64,000 nt of DNA from a virus (Duplodnaviria > Caudoviricetes), in IMG/VR virus record IMGVR_UViG_3300032285_003957, positions 96,001 through 160,000 of that record; one strand, 5' to 3'. Positions 18,485-27,752 of the stretch are shown in pieces (the first letter of the stretch is position 1; every line of letters starts with the position of its first letter). A model generated the notes under the pieces. That model was not told where the DNA came from. It saw only the letters and a list, made by a program, of their open reading frames with translations, and made no database searches. The position numbers were made by a program, and so were the translations under genes.

Positions 18485-19273
18485 TTAATAAAACATTAAA
18501 CGTTTTATTTTTAAAATTGATTCATTTAATTGATTACCATCTTCTTCTTCCTTTTCTGGTTCTTCAGGATTAACTGATGGCTTTTGTTCAGGTTTTGGTT
18601 GAGGTAAATTTTTATCAATTGGTCCAACAGGTTCAGCCGTAGGTTTTTCAGTTGGTGGAACTTGTATTGGTTCAGCAGTTGGCGGAACTTCAGCTGTTGG
18701 TTTAGCTTTAGTTGTTGGTGTTGGTAATTCTGCTGATGGAACTTCTGGTTTAACTTCAGGCTCAATTGCAGGTTTTTCTTTACTAACTTTAGTTGTCGGC
18801 TTAGTTGGTTCCACTTTTGGTTTAGCAACTTTCTTAGGTTTAACTTCTTGATTCCAATCAGTTTTAGCATATACAACTGACATGCTTTTATCACCGCTTT
18901 CATTATAACCTGGTCTTTTAACATCAAATGTTTCATCTGTAATTTGAACGTTATTTGTTCTTGATAGAATAAATGTCCTCCAATTAGTTTTACTAAATCC
19001 CTTTTTAGATGTTGAAGGTGGCTCAACCCAAGCTCTTAACACTAAGTTACCCTTTTTATTTAAACCCATCGCAACAGGTTCAACTTTAACTCTATAACCC
19101 GCTTTTACATTATTTTTTTTAGGTCTTCTTGGGCCCGTGTAATAAAATGTAATTTTCTTCCTATTTTTAATAGCATCATAGATAGGCTTATTGCGCGTTG
19201 TTTTCAATATATTTTTGTTATATTGTTCATCGCTCATTAGCTCAGTTAATAATATGTTAGATAATGATATCAT
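18485..19273 (-). CDS. WYL-domain protein without HTH, with Pro/Glu/Lys-rich tail
   Basis: AIKNRKKITFYY...RVKVEPVAMG...LRAW...WRTFILSRTNNVQITDETF matches the WYL Sm-like core. Confidence 0.7.
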   Translation of the reverse strand: MISLSNILLTELMSDEQYNKNILKTTRNKPIYDAIKNRKKITFYYTGPRRPKKNNVKAGYRVKVEPVAMGLNKKGNLVLRAWVEPPSTSKKGFSKTNWRTFILSRTNNVQITDETFDVKRPGYNESGDKSMSVVYAKTDWNQEVKPKKVAKPKVEPTKPTTKVSKEKPAIEPEVKPEVPSAELPTPTTKAKPTAEVPPTAEPIQVPPTEKPTAEPVGPIDKNLPQPKPEQKPSVNPEEPEKEEEDGNQLNESILKIKRLMFY

Positions 19274-19992
19274 TAAAAATCGGGGTATCTTTTTGTTTCA
19301 CCAAATTTATTTTTATTAATCAAATTGGTTCTTTTAGTAATATCAGTGATAGAACCAACTGTTCCCGTATCACCAATTTGTCCTTTACCAAATTCATCGC
19401 CATTTGAAAGTGCGTCAAGATTTGTAGATGAATATTGATTATCAATACCATATCTATTTCTTGCAATACTACTAATTCTTTGTTGAATGTCAGTTGCAGA
19501 CCCAACTGTTCCTGTATCACCAATTTGACCTTTACCAAATTCATCACCGTCAGACAAAGCGTCTTTGTTTATTGATGAGTATTGGTTTGTGTCTTTATAT
19601 CTATTTCTTGCTAAACTTTCATTTCTAACATTAATATCCGTTAAAGAACCGATTGTTCCTGTATCACCTTTTTGTCCTTTACCAAATTCATCACCATCAG
19701 ATATTGCGTCCTTATTACTAACACCATATCCATTATTTGGGTTGTATCTGTTTCTTGCAACAGAATCAATTCTTGTATTAATATCGGTTAAAGAACCGAC
19801 TTGGCCAAACTCATTTTGACCTTTACCAAATTCATCACCATCAGATATAGCATCTTTGTTTGCCACATCATATCCATTTCCTGTGCCGTATCTATTTCTT
19901 GCAATACTTTCATTTCTAACAACAACACTTGCTGCCTCTAATGGACTTGGTTTGTCAGGATTTGAACCGTATACTTCTGTAAATTGCGCCAT
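19273..19992 (-). CDS. Tandem-repeat protein (4 x 48-49 aa)
   Basis: Unit R.xS(I/V/L)ARNRY...Y...NKDA(I/L)SDGDEFGKGQ...G.VGSxTDI repeated four times. Confidence 0.75.
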   Translation of the reverse strand: MAQFTEVYGSNPDKPSPLEAASVVVRNESIARNRYGTGNGYDVANKDAISDGDEFGKGQNEFGQVGSLTDINTRIDSVARNRYNPNNGYGVSNKDAISDGDEFGKGQKGDTGTIGSLTDINVRNESLARNRYKDTNQYSSINKDALSDGDEFGKGQIGDTGTVGSATDIQQRISSIARNRYGIDNQYSSTNLDALSNGDEFGKGQIGDTGTVGSITDITKRTNLINKNKFGETKRYPDF

Positions 19993-19993
19993 A

Positions 19994-20485
19994 TTATAAC
20001 ATTAATTTTTTTATTTTTTCAACTTCTTCAAATAATTTCATAGATGAAAGAGCTGATATTGACGTTTTATGTGAATTGCTTTTCATTAAATTAACAGGAA
20101 TAGCAAAGCTTTGTTTTTTGGTATGCCTTTTTAAATGACTATTTTTTCTGCTACCTTCTCCTGCAATATTGTCAGCTTGCATTTTAGAATCTTTACGATT
20201 ACTAACTAAATCTCTTTCACCTTTTAAAAATTGGTTAGCCCATTTTTCCATTAAATCGCCACCCACCAAATCATACTTTTGTCTTTCATTAATTTTATCC
20301 ATATTTTTTAAATCGTGGATAATTCTTTTTAATTGACCGTATTTTACTTTTTTATCGGTAAGAATTTTTTGAGCACGATGAGCTCCATCAACATAATTCC
20401 CGTTTAAACCAACCAAGGTATGATTGATTTTATCCAAGATATTTTGAGGAACATCAAAAATTCGGCTTTTTAATTCTTTATTCAT
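19994..20485 (-). CDS. Hypothetical protein with C-terminal LFEEVEKIKKLML tag
   Basis: 163 aa ORF, coupled to neighbours. Confidence 0.6.
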   Translation of the reverse strand: MNKELKSRIFDVPQNILDKINHTLVGLNGNYVDGAHRAQKILTDKKVKYGQLKRIIHDLKNMDKINERQKYDLVGGDLMEKWANQFLKGERDLVSNRKDSKMQADNIAGEGSRKNSHLKRHTKKQSFAIPVNLMKSNSHKTSISALSSMKLFEEVEKIKKLML

Positions 20486-21254
20486 TATCGTCGTCTAATT
20501 TATCTTCCAAATAATCAATCACATCTTCAATTTCTAAACCGTGACTTTTTAAATTGTTTTTTAATGATGTTAGTTGTCTTTTAAGAATTTTGTCAATTTC
20601 TTTTTTTTCGTTCTCAACAGACTTTTTAACAATGTCACCGTCTTTATGCTTCTTTTTTGATAAAACGCTTTCAATATATTCTTCCATGAATTTTTTAGGT
20701 GTTTCAATCAATCTTACCTTATCGTCACCCGCTGGTTCATCAGGAATATAACCCATTGCTTCTAATCTTTCTATAGATTCTTCATGAGATAAACCTAAGT
20801 CTTTGGTAAAATGGTTGTAAGCTTGTTTAAAATTTTCATCTTTTTCCATGGTATTTTCGTAACCCAAAGACTTACTCATGTCAGCTTCAGCCCAATATCT
20901 TAAAGATGTGTGTGTTCCATGAACACCATGAATACCCATTGAACCTGCACCTGTTTTAACAACTTTATCGGTTGTTGAATTTGATGTAATCCCTTTAGTA
21001 TTAAAATCACGAGGTTTTTTACCACGAGCTATGTTACCGTTTTTATCAACAATTTCATCAACTTCTTTCTCTACACCATCCTCATCAACTTTATTAGGTA
21101 TTTTTTTGTAATCAGTTTTGTCTGAGAATTCCTTAGCCCACTTAGCCCATTTCTTACCTTTTTTTCCTCCTTTACCCGCTTGAGCATAAAAGAATCTTTG
21201 TTGTGCTTTGGACTTAAACGCTTCCTCAATTATGTTTTCAATAAATTTATCCAT
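20478..21254 (-). CDS. Putative internal head protein
   Basis: IIEE followed by basic module AFKSKAQQRFFYA...KWAKEFSDKT; TATTTAT upstream. Confidence 0.55.
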   Translation of the reverse strand: MDKFIENIIEEAFKSKAQQRFFYAQAGKGGKKGKKWAKWAKEFSDKTDYKKIPNKVDEDGVEKEVDEIVDKNGNIARGKKPRDFNTKGITSNSTTDKVVKTGAGSMGIHGVHGTHTSLRYWAEADMSKSLGYENTMEKDENFKQAYNHFTKDLGLSHEESIERLEAMGYIPDEPAGDDKVRLIETPKKFMEEYIESVLSKKKHKDGDIVKKSVENEKKEIDKILKRQLTSLKNNLKSHGLEIEDVIDYLEDKLDDDNE

Positions 21255-21265
21255 TAGATAGACTT

Positions 21266-21306
21266 TTTATATAAATATCAAACGATACGAAAGATATTTA
21301 TATAAA
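21266..21306. promoter_or_regulatory. Divergent pair of TATTTAT motifs forming a perfect 14-bp inverted repeat
   Basis: TTTATATAAATATC-N13-GATATTTATATAAA at the strand switch between ORFs 21254(-) and 21308(+). Confidence 0.6.
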
Positions 21307-21307
21307 C

Positions 21308-21670
21308 ATGAATACTCAGAATATTTTACGATTTTATGGCTCAAAATTGGATATTTCATTAGACTCTTCTGAGTTTTATGATTTCAAATTGGACACAAAC
21401 AAATTAGTTGATTTAACATTAGACGTGTCTGAACTATATGATTTTAAATTGGATACGTTGGTCGATAGAATGGATATTGTTGATTTAAAATTGGATTATT
21501 CTGAATATTATGATTTTGAGTTGGTTAATGTTTATGATTATCAAACCAACTATGTTAATGGTGATGAAATGATTATTAGCGTAAAAGTTGAAGATAATTA
21601 TTACATCTTATCAAAGGATGGCTTTGTGTTAATGACTGAAAATAATGAAAAAATACAATTTCAGTTTTAA
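21308..21670 (+). CDS. Hypothetical protein with three LDxSE(F/L/Y)YDF repeats
   Basis: LDISLDSSEFYDFKLD, VDLTLDVSELYDFKLD, VDLKLDYSEYYDFEL. Confidence 0.6.
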   Translation: MNTQNILRFYGSKLDISLDSSEFYDFKLDTNKLVDLTLDVSELYDFKLDTLVDRMDIVDLKLDYSEYYDFELVNVYDYQTNYVNGDEMIISVKVEDNYYILSKDGFVLMTENNEKIQFQF

Positions 21671-21687
21671 AAAAAATATTTATTTAA

Positions 21688-23631
21688 ATGACAAATAAGA
21701 GAATTGACCAATTACAGGAATTTACGGGAGACACAACGGGGGCGTATTTTATAATGAATAATAGTGGTGAAACCACAACTTATAAAGTAAGAAGAGAAAC
21801 TATATTGGGTCAATCTCAAACATCAGGAACAAGTGGAACATCTGGTTCTTCAGGTTTAAATGGAACATCGGGTTCTTCGGGAACATCGGGTTCAAATGGT
21901 TTATATGGCTCAAATGGTAGTTCAGGAACCAGCGGCACATCGGGTTCAAATGGTTCATCAGGTAGTTCAGGGTCATCGGGCTCAAGCGGAAGCTCAGGAA
22001 TTAATGGTAACTCAGGTTCATCAGGAACATCAGGGTCGAATGGTAGTTCAGGAAGTAGCGGTTCATCTGGTGTTTCAGGTTCAAATGGTAGTTCAGGTTC
22101 ATCAGGAACTTCAGGAATAAATGGTAATAACGGTAGTTCTGGTTCAAGCGGAACATCTGGTAACGGAACTTCAGGAACATCGGGTAGCTCAGGTTCATCT
22201 GGTGTAAATGGAACTAATGGTTCGTCAGGAACATCAGGGTCGAATGGTAGTTCAGGTTCTAGTGGAACATCGGGAATAGGTTCGTCAGGAACCGCAGGAT
22301 CAAGTGGAACATCAGGTTCTAATGGTAGTTCCGGAACGTCAGGAAGTAATGGTTCATCAGGAACTAGTGGCACATCAGGTAGTAACGGTTCATCCGGAAC
22401 TTCGGGAACAAGTGGTTCATCCGGTACATCAGGTTTATTAACATTAACAGGGACAACCACAAATGGTGTAATAACATATAATGGTTCAGGAACAAATGCC
22501 ACCGTTCAGTCAGGAATGACATATAGTGGAACAACTTTATCATTAACAGGTTCATTAATTATAAGCGGTAGTTCAAATACCGTAAATAATAGGTTAACAA
22601 CATTAGAAAATTCTATAATAACAGGTAGCGCAAATTATGTTCAAGTATTGGGAAATCAAAGAACGGGTATAAATGCAGGTGGCGTTTCTATTATTAGTGG
22701 AAGTATCACTACAACAGGTAATCCTGTTCAAATAATGGTTACAGGTGACGCAAACCCAATAGGAGGAAGTGCTTGGGCTAGATTACAAATTTATAGAGAT
22801 GGTAATGCAATTGGAAACATTATTCAGGCGGAAAATGGTTCAAACTTAAATGTTCCGTATTGTTTAAATATAATAGACACACCGTCATCCGGAACTTATA
22901 CATATAGTATGAGAACCGTATTAATGGGTGGGACGATGGATTTTGGTGAGGCGACAGGTCCTCTTTTAACTGCAATAGAATTAAAAACAAATACTAATTT
23001 ACCAAGCACAAATAACACATTTACAGGAACAAATACATTTAGTGGTTCAACAACAATTAAAGGTGGATTAAATATAAATAATGCTGTTGGTAGTGGTGGT
23101 TCGTTGGAAGGTGGGGAAATAGATTTACAATATGCACCATCTACCACATTAACAGGTAGTTTTGCGGTATTTGATGTTTATGGTGATAAAATAAGAATTT
23201 TTGAGGGTGGTGGAAACTCAAGAGGTGTGAGTATAGATTTAAGTAAATCTCCCGTAGGTGTTGGTGGTGAATTGTTATGGAAAACAAGTGGGTTTGTAAA
23301 TGCTGGAACATTTTTAACATTAGATAATCTAAAAGTAACCGTAACAACCAGTGGTAATAGAGGATTAAGTATAGCTGCGGTATCCACAAATTTTACCGCT
23401 AACATATCGGGTTGGTATGGATATACTGGTGGTGGAAGTGGAAATTCCGCATATAGTGTATCATATACAACAACCGCATCTAATTCTCCGTTTGGTTGGA
23501 GTTTTACAACAGAAGGTGATACAGCTCAATACAACATATTAGATAAAACAAATAGTAGAATGTATAGAGTTACGATGATGATAGGGTTTGGTTTTAACAA
23601 TAACTTTATTTCAATAGAAAGATTATATTAA
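21688..23631 (+). CDS. Collagen-like (Gly-Ser/Thr-Ser/Asn) fibre or decoration protein
   Basis: About 200 aa of Gly-X-Y triplets followed by beta-rich fibre domains. Confidence 0.75.
   Translation: MTNKRIDQLQEFTGDTTGAYFIMNNSGETTTYKVRRETILGQSQTSGTSGTSGSSGLNGTSGSSGTSGSNGLYGSNGSSGTSGTSGSNGSSGSSGSSGSSGSSGINGNSGSSGTSGSNGSSGSSGSSGVSGSNGSSGSSGTSGINGNNGSSGSSGTSGNGTSGTSGSSGSSGVNGTNGSSGTSGSNGSSGSSGTSGIGSSGTAGSSGTSGSNGSSGTSGSNGSSGTSGTSGSNGSSGTSGTSGSSGTSGLLTLTGTTTNGVITYNGSGTNATVQSGMTYSGTTLSLTGSLIISGSSNTVNNRLTTLENSIITGSANYVQVLGNQRTGINAGGVSIISGSITTTGNPVQIMVTGDANPIGGSAWARLQIYRDGNAIGNIIQAENGSNLNVPYCLNIIDTPSSGTYTYSMRTVLMGGTMDFGEATGPLLTAIELKTNTNLPSTNNTFTGTNTFSGSTTIKGGLNINNAVGSGGSLEGGEIDLQYAPSTTLTGSFAVFDVYGDKIRIFEGGGNSRGVSIDLSKSPVGVGGELLWKTSGFVNAGTFLTLDNLKVTVTTSGNRGLSIAAVSTNFTANISGWYGYTGGGSGNSAYSVSYTTTASNSPFGWSFTTEGDTAQYNILDKTNSRMYRVTMMIGFGFNNNFISIERLY
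21826..22434 (+). repeat. Gly-X-Y coding repeat (~67 triplets, GSS/GTS/GSN, two register breaks)
   Basis: Direct translation; no Pro in the repeat. Confidence 0.9.
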
Positions 23632-23632
23632 T

Positions 23633-24619
23633 ATGTCAACAATATACGAAATAGGAACAAATGGTTTATCAAGAAGAACCGAAAAAGGATGGACAACCAA
23701 TTTTGTCTTTAATAGAAATAATTTACCTTGGAGTTCAGGTTCCGTTTTCTACTATTGGGGTATTGAAAATGAGTATATTAACACCAATTACTTAGATAAT
23801 AACTTATCATTTCAATTCACAAACGATGGAAGAGTTAATTGGACTGCAGTTCATTATTCAGGTAATTGTGATTCAACATCTGGATATACCACATCGTCAT
23901 ACGTAGCAACGGGCTCCACGGACATATTATGTAATGATGGGACAAGTAACGATTTTAATTTAACAATCACATTCGAAAGAAATTATCAATTAACTGATTG
24001 TGATATTGAAAACGCAGGTGGTTGGAATGATTTAATACAAGGTCCTCACGCGATTCCATATACGGACCAACTTTGGGAACCAACAGGTGATACAACAGGA
24101 TTTTTATCAGGAGCATTTATTGGTCATGCGGACCAAATTGTCACTGGTTATACCATGACAACAGGTTCTTTAGATTGGATTACAGGTGCCACAGAATATA
24201 CATATGTTGAAGAGTTAAATAAGAAATGGTCTCATGAAAAAGATAAGAGATTAGGGACACTGAAAATGTATTTGAATGGCGAACGAATATATAAATTAAA
24301 AAATTGGGAAGAAATTATTCCATCACAAAGGAGTTCCGAGAATAGATTAATTCAATCTTGGGGAGGGGGGACGTCAGGGTCTTTAGATTTACATATTGGT
24401 GACACTCAGTTTGAATTAAAACAAATAAACTATTTTGATATTCCTTTAGATTTTACCCAAGTTAAAGATTATTATTCAGGTTCAATTAAATCAAATTATA
24501 ATATTGTAGAATGTAGTTACCCATGTGAAAACCCTATTACTGTTTTCACCAATGTTGGAATTTTAACGGAAAACTTAGAATATCTGTTAAATGAAAGTGG
24601 TGACGTAATCATATATTAA
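23633..24619 (+). CDS. Putative virion protein with LamG/concanavalin-like elements
   Basis: GTLKMYLNG and QINYFDIPL-type strands; C-terminal ILTENLEYLLNESG. Confidence 0.5.
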   Translation: MSTIYEIGTNGLSRRTEKGWTTNFVFNRNNLPWSSGSVFYYWGIENEYINTNYLDNNLSFQFTNDGRVNWTAVHYSGNCDSTSGYTTSSYVATGSTDILCNDGTSNDFNLTITFERNYQLTDCDIENAGGWNDLIQGPHAIPYTDQLWEPTGDTTGFLSGAFIGHADQIVTGYTMTTGSLDWITGATEYTYVEELNKKWSHEKDKRLGTLKMYLNGERIYKLKNWEEIIPSQRSSENRLIQSWGGGTSGSLDLHIGDTQFELKQINYFDIPLDFTQVKDYYSGSIKSNYNIVECSYPCENPITVFTNVGILTENLEYLLNESGDVIIY

Positions 24620-24632
24620 ACTATTTATGTAA

Positions 24633-27290
24633 ATGGCAAGTAAAAAAATTTCACAGTTACCAAGCGGTTCATTAGCAATACCTCTTTCAGGTCAAACTGC
24701 GGTTGTTTATTCAGGAATAACACACCAACAAACTTTATCATCACTTAGACAAATTTTAGTGGATAGTGGTTCTCACCATTTCACAGGTAGTCAATTTATT
24801 AACGGTAATTTAGTTGTTACTGGTTCAATTATAGCACAAGAATATATAATCAGTTCATCCGTATCACATATTACGGTTGAGACAGTTAGTGGTTCATCCA
24901 ATTTTGGTGACACATTAAACGATAATCATAATTTTACAGGTTCAGTTAAAATAACAGGTTCGTTAAATGTTAACGGTAATGTTGGCTACACAGGTTCACT
25001 TAAATTAAGTGGTTCGTTAAATGTTAATGGTAAAACATCATTAACTGGTAGTGTTTTAATCGGAACAGGTTCTTTTGAAACTGATAATCCTGAAATTTTA
25101 CATGTTGAGAATAGCGGAAGTTTTAATGTTGTTCATTTACAAGCCAATAACCAATATTATGCTCAAATAAATTTAAAAAATACAAATTCAGGAAATAATG
25201 CAAGTGGTGATTTTGTAATTACTGCTGATAATGGAAACGAAGGAATTCATTACGTGGATTTGGGTATTAACTCATCAACTTATACCGGTGGTTTAGTAGG
25301 TGCAGAAAATGATGCTTATTTATTGAATGTTGGTAATGATTTATATATCGGAACCGTAGGTGGTGGCTTTCATCCAGGTGATGTTAGAATATTCACACAA
25401 AATAGTTGGCAGGAACCTCAAATAGCTATTAGCGGTTCAGGCCAAATAATGTTTAATACTGGTTCAGTTTCTAATGGATTTGAATATGAATTTAGTGGTA
25501 GTGTTAAATTAGATAATGATTTAAAAGTTGATGGTGCAATTGAAACCGATTACTTATATGGTAATGCGCAACAATGGAATTACTTAGCTTTAAATGGTAG
25601 TGTTAGCGGTGCACCGGATGTTGAATTAGGTTCAAATAATAATATTTCACTTTGGGCTGAAGGTGGGACAGTTAATGTAACTGGTTCACTAATTGTTAGT
25701 GGCACAATTGATACTAATGGTTATGATATTAATACTAATGGCGGTAATTTAAATGGTGTTATTGCCAACGTCTCTAAATTACATTTATCAGATAATGACC
25801 CATTACCTTCAGGTATTTTAGGTGACTTAGCTGTTTCAGGTAGTAATTTATATTTTTATAATGGCACAGAATGGAAAGAAGTTTCGTTTGGAGGTGCTAT
25901 AAACAATCCAACACCAACTCCTACCCCAAGTCCAACTATGGATGTTACACCGACATCAACGCCAACACCTACGCCTACTTCAACAATGGATGTTACACCA
26001 ACACCTACACCAAGTAGCACGATGACTGTTACACCGACATCAACGCCAACACCTACGGTAACACCAACTTTACAACAATGTAATACAACTTCATTAATAG
26101 CAATTAATGCTAATATAACCGCAAACAGCGCAATTAAAACATCTGGTGGTGGTTGGGATTCAAGTGCTTATTCAACAGAAACATATTCAGGTCCAGTTAC
26201 ATTAACTTTTCAAGCTTCAGATAATGGTAATTATTTGATGGGTGGATTTTCTGTTAATCCAACATTGAATTCTGAAACTTATTTGAATACAACTTATGGT
26301 TTTTATTTACAAAATAATTTTTTAGAGATATATGAGTATGGTGCCCAAGTTACTGTTCCTGGTTATATCACTACGTTATCAACAGATGTGTGGAAAATAA
26401 TATACAATGGAGCAACTGTTACATATTATCAAAACGATAATTTAATTTACACCTCAACAAATCCAGTAACACAGCCATTACACGTATACTTTGCTCTTTT
26501 AACAGGGAATAAAGGGGTTACAAATATTTGTGCTAAAGGAACTGTTGATTCTGCACCAACCCCAACTCCTACCCCTACAACAACTTTAACACCAACTCCA
26601 AGTTCGGTAAGTAATGGTTTTTACTATAGTGCAAATAGCTATGTATGTTATTCAACCGGTTGTCAAGACCCTTCTTATTGTGTTGTTAATTCTACCACAC
26701 CATTAACAGTTGGACAATTCTATAAAAGCCCAACAGAATCAAACATAACATATGAAATATTATCTTTAATTGCTAATCCAAATTATAGTAGTGAAGATTT
26801 AACAGGTATATCTGGATTTGCCGATTGTTTTTCGGCTTGTTATCAATTACCAATTAGTTATTCGGGATACCAATATACATTAGTAACAGATCCAGGTTCT
26901 CCACAATATACACAACTTAAATTTACCGAAAACACAACATATCTGAATAATCCAAATTTAATTGGTCAATATGATGGAGATGGTGTTCAATATAATTTTG
27001 GTTTTAATGAACATGATATTACATTAGCAGATAGAACTTCATATTTTTATCATATGATTATGGTTCAACCTGGTAGTGATATAATAATATGGTTTGTTCA
27101 AAATGGTGACGCTGCGGTTTATTTAGCACCTAGAGGTAATAATAATTTTGTTGGTAGTCATCCTTCGGGAACTATAACTGGAGGTAGATTCGGTGAATTA
27201 GACAATTGGATTTTATTAAAACCATCAAATAATAATTTTATTACTGATGATGTTAATCAACTTGTGACCATAGGATATATGGCATTATAA
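24633..27290 (+). CDS. Multi-domain fibre/decoration protein with Pro-Thr linkers
   Basis: Repeated (V/I)TGS(L/V) beta motifs, two PT-repeat linkers, Cys-containing distal domain. Confidence 0.7.
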   Translation: MASKKISQLPSGSLAIPLSGQTAVVYSGITHQQTLSSLRQILVDSGSHHFTGSQFINGNLVVTGSIIAQEYIISSSVSHITVETVSGSSNFGDTLNDNHNFTGSVKITGSLNVNGNVGYTGSLKLSGSLNVNGKTSLTGSVLIGTGSFETDNPEILHVENSGSFNVVHLQANNQYYAQINLKNTNSGNNASGDFVITADNGNEGIHYVDLGINSSTYTGGLVGAENDAYLLNVGNDLYIGTVGGGFHPGDVRIFTQNSWQEPQIAISGSGQIMFNTGSVSNGFEYEFSGSVKLDNDLKVDGAIETDYLYGNAQQWNYLALNGSVSGAPDVELGSNNNISLWAEGGTVNVTGSLIVSGTIDTNGYDINTNGGNLNGVIANVSKLHLSDNDPLPSGILGDLAVSGSNLYFYNGTEWKEVSFGGAINNPTPTPTPSPTMDVTPTSTPTPTPTSTMDVTPTPTPSSTMTVTPTSTPTPTVTPTLQQCNTTSLIAINANITANSAIKTSGGGWDSSAYSTETYSGPVTLTFQASDNGNYLMGGFSVNPTLNSETYLNTTYGFYLQNNFLEIYEYGAQVTVPGYITTLSTDVWKIIYNGATVTYYQNDNLIYTSTNPVTQPLHVYFALLTGNKGVTNICAKGTVDSAPTPTPTPTTTLTPTPSSVSNGFYYSANSYVCYSTGCQDPSYCVVNSTTPLTVGQFYKSPTESNITYEILSLIANPNYSSEDLTGISGFADCFSACYQLPISYSGYQYTLVTDPGSPQYTQLKFTENTTYLNNPNLIGQYDGDGVQYNFGFNEHDITLADRTSYFYHMIMVQPGSDIIIWFVQNGDAAVYLAPRGNNNFVGSHPSGTITGGRFGELDNWILLKPSNNNFITDDVNQLVTIGYMAL
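25908..26069 (+). repeat. Pro/Thr-rich linker repeat (second copy ~26556-26610)
   Basis: PTPTPTPSPTMDVTPTSTPTPTPTSTMDVTP... Confidence 0.85.
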
Positions 27291-27304
27291 TATAATTTTT
27301 AAAT

Positions 27305-27661
27305 ATGGAATTTTTTATCAGACAAGGGGCGACAGACCCAATATTAAAAATGAGATTAATTGATGACGGTAAAAACGACAAGTCATCTTTTAATGATACA
27401 TTGGAAACCGCAACAATTACATTAGAAATGATGGATGCAACAACAAGCGAATATCAGGTATTGGATAGCCCTTGCTCAACTGTGTTAAGAACAAAAAAAT
27501 ATGGTTATCAAACTGATGAAATATATATCACACACAGATTTACAAAACAGCAAACTTCAACAATCGGTCGATTTGAAGGAAAAATTAATATTAACTTTGC
27601 TGATGGTAATCTTTTAATCGTTCCAATTAAAGAAAAATTATTTATCAACATAATTTCTTAA
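27305..27661 (+). CDS. BppU-N-like Ig-fold adaptor protein
   Basis: MEFFIRQGATDPILKMRL...GRFEGKININF...LIVP. Confidence 0.5.
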   Translation: MEFFIRQGATDPILKMRLIDDGKNDKSSFNDTLETATITLEMMDATTSEYQVLDSPCSTVLRTKKYGYQTDEIYITHRFTKQQTSTIGRFEGKININFADGNLLIVPIKEKLFINIIS

Positions 27662-27752
27662 TACCCTTTTTTTTCGTTATACTTATTAATGTAAACAATG
27701 CAAACTGTGGAAAATCCACAAGCTAATACGTCACATTAAAAAAATATATAAA

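Noticed and set aside
19273-22434. Repeats considered as a CRISPR array
   Set aside because: The repeats are in-frame coding units with synonymous variation; no constant repeat with unique spacers.
21816-22502. 228-aa minus-strand Pro/Glu/Asp-rich ORF
   Set aside because: Antisense shadow of the Gly-Ser repeat; no promoter or start context. The same applies to most short overlapping ORFs in the track.
21688-27290. Diversity-generating retroelement targeting fibre genes
   Set aside because: No reverse transcriptase and no TR/VR pair differing at adenines seen.
27695-27740. Possible c-di-GMP (GEMM) riboswitch before polB
   Set aside because: GCAAAC and a hairpin are present, but the GGGACGCAAAGC element and P1 are missing.
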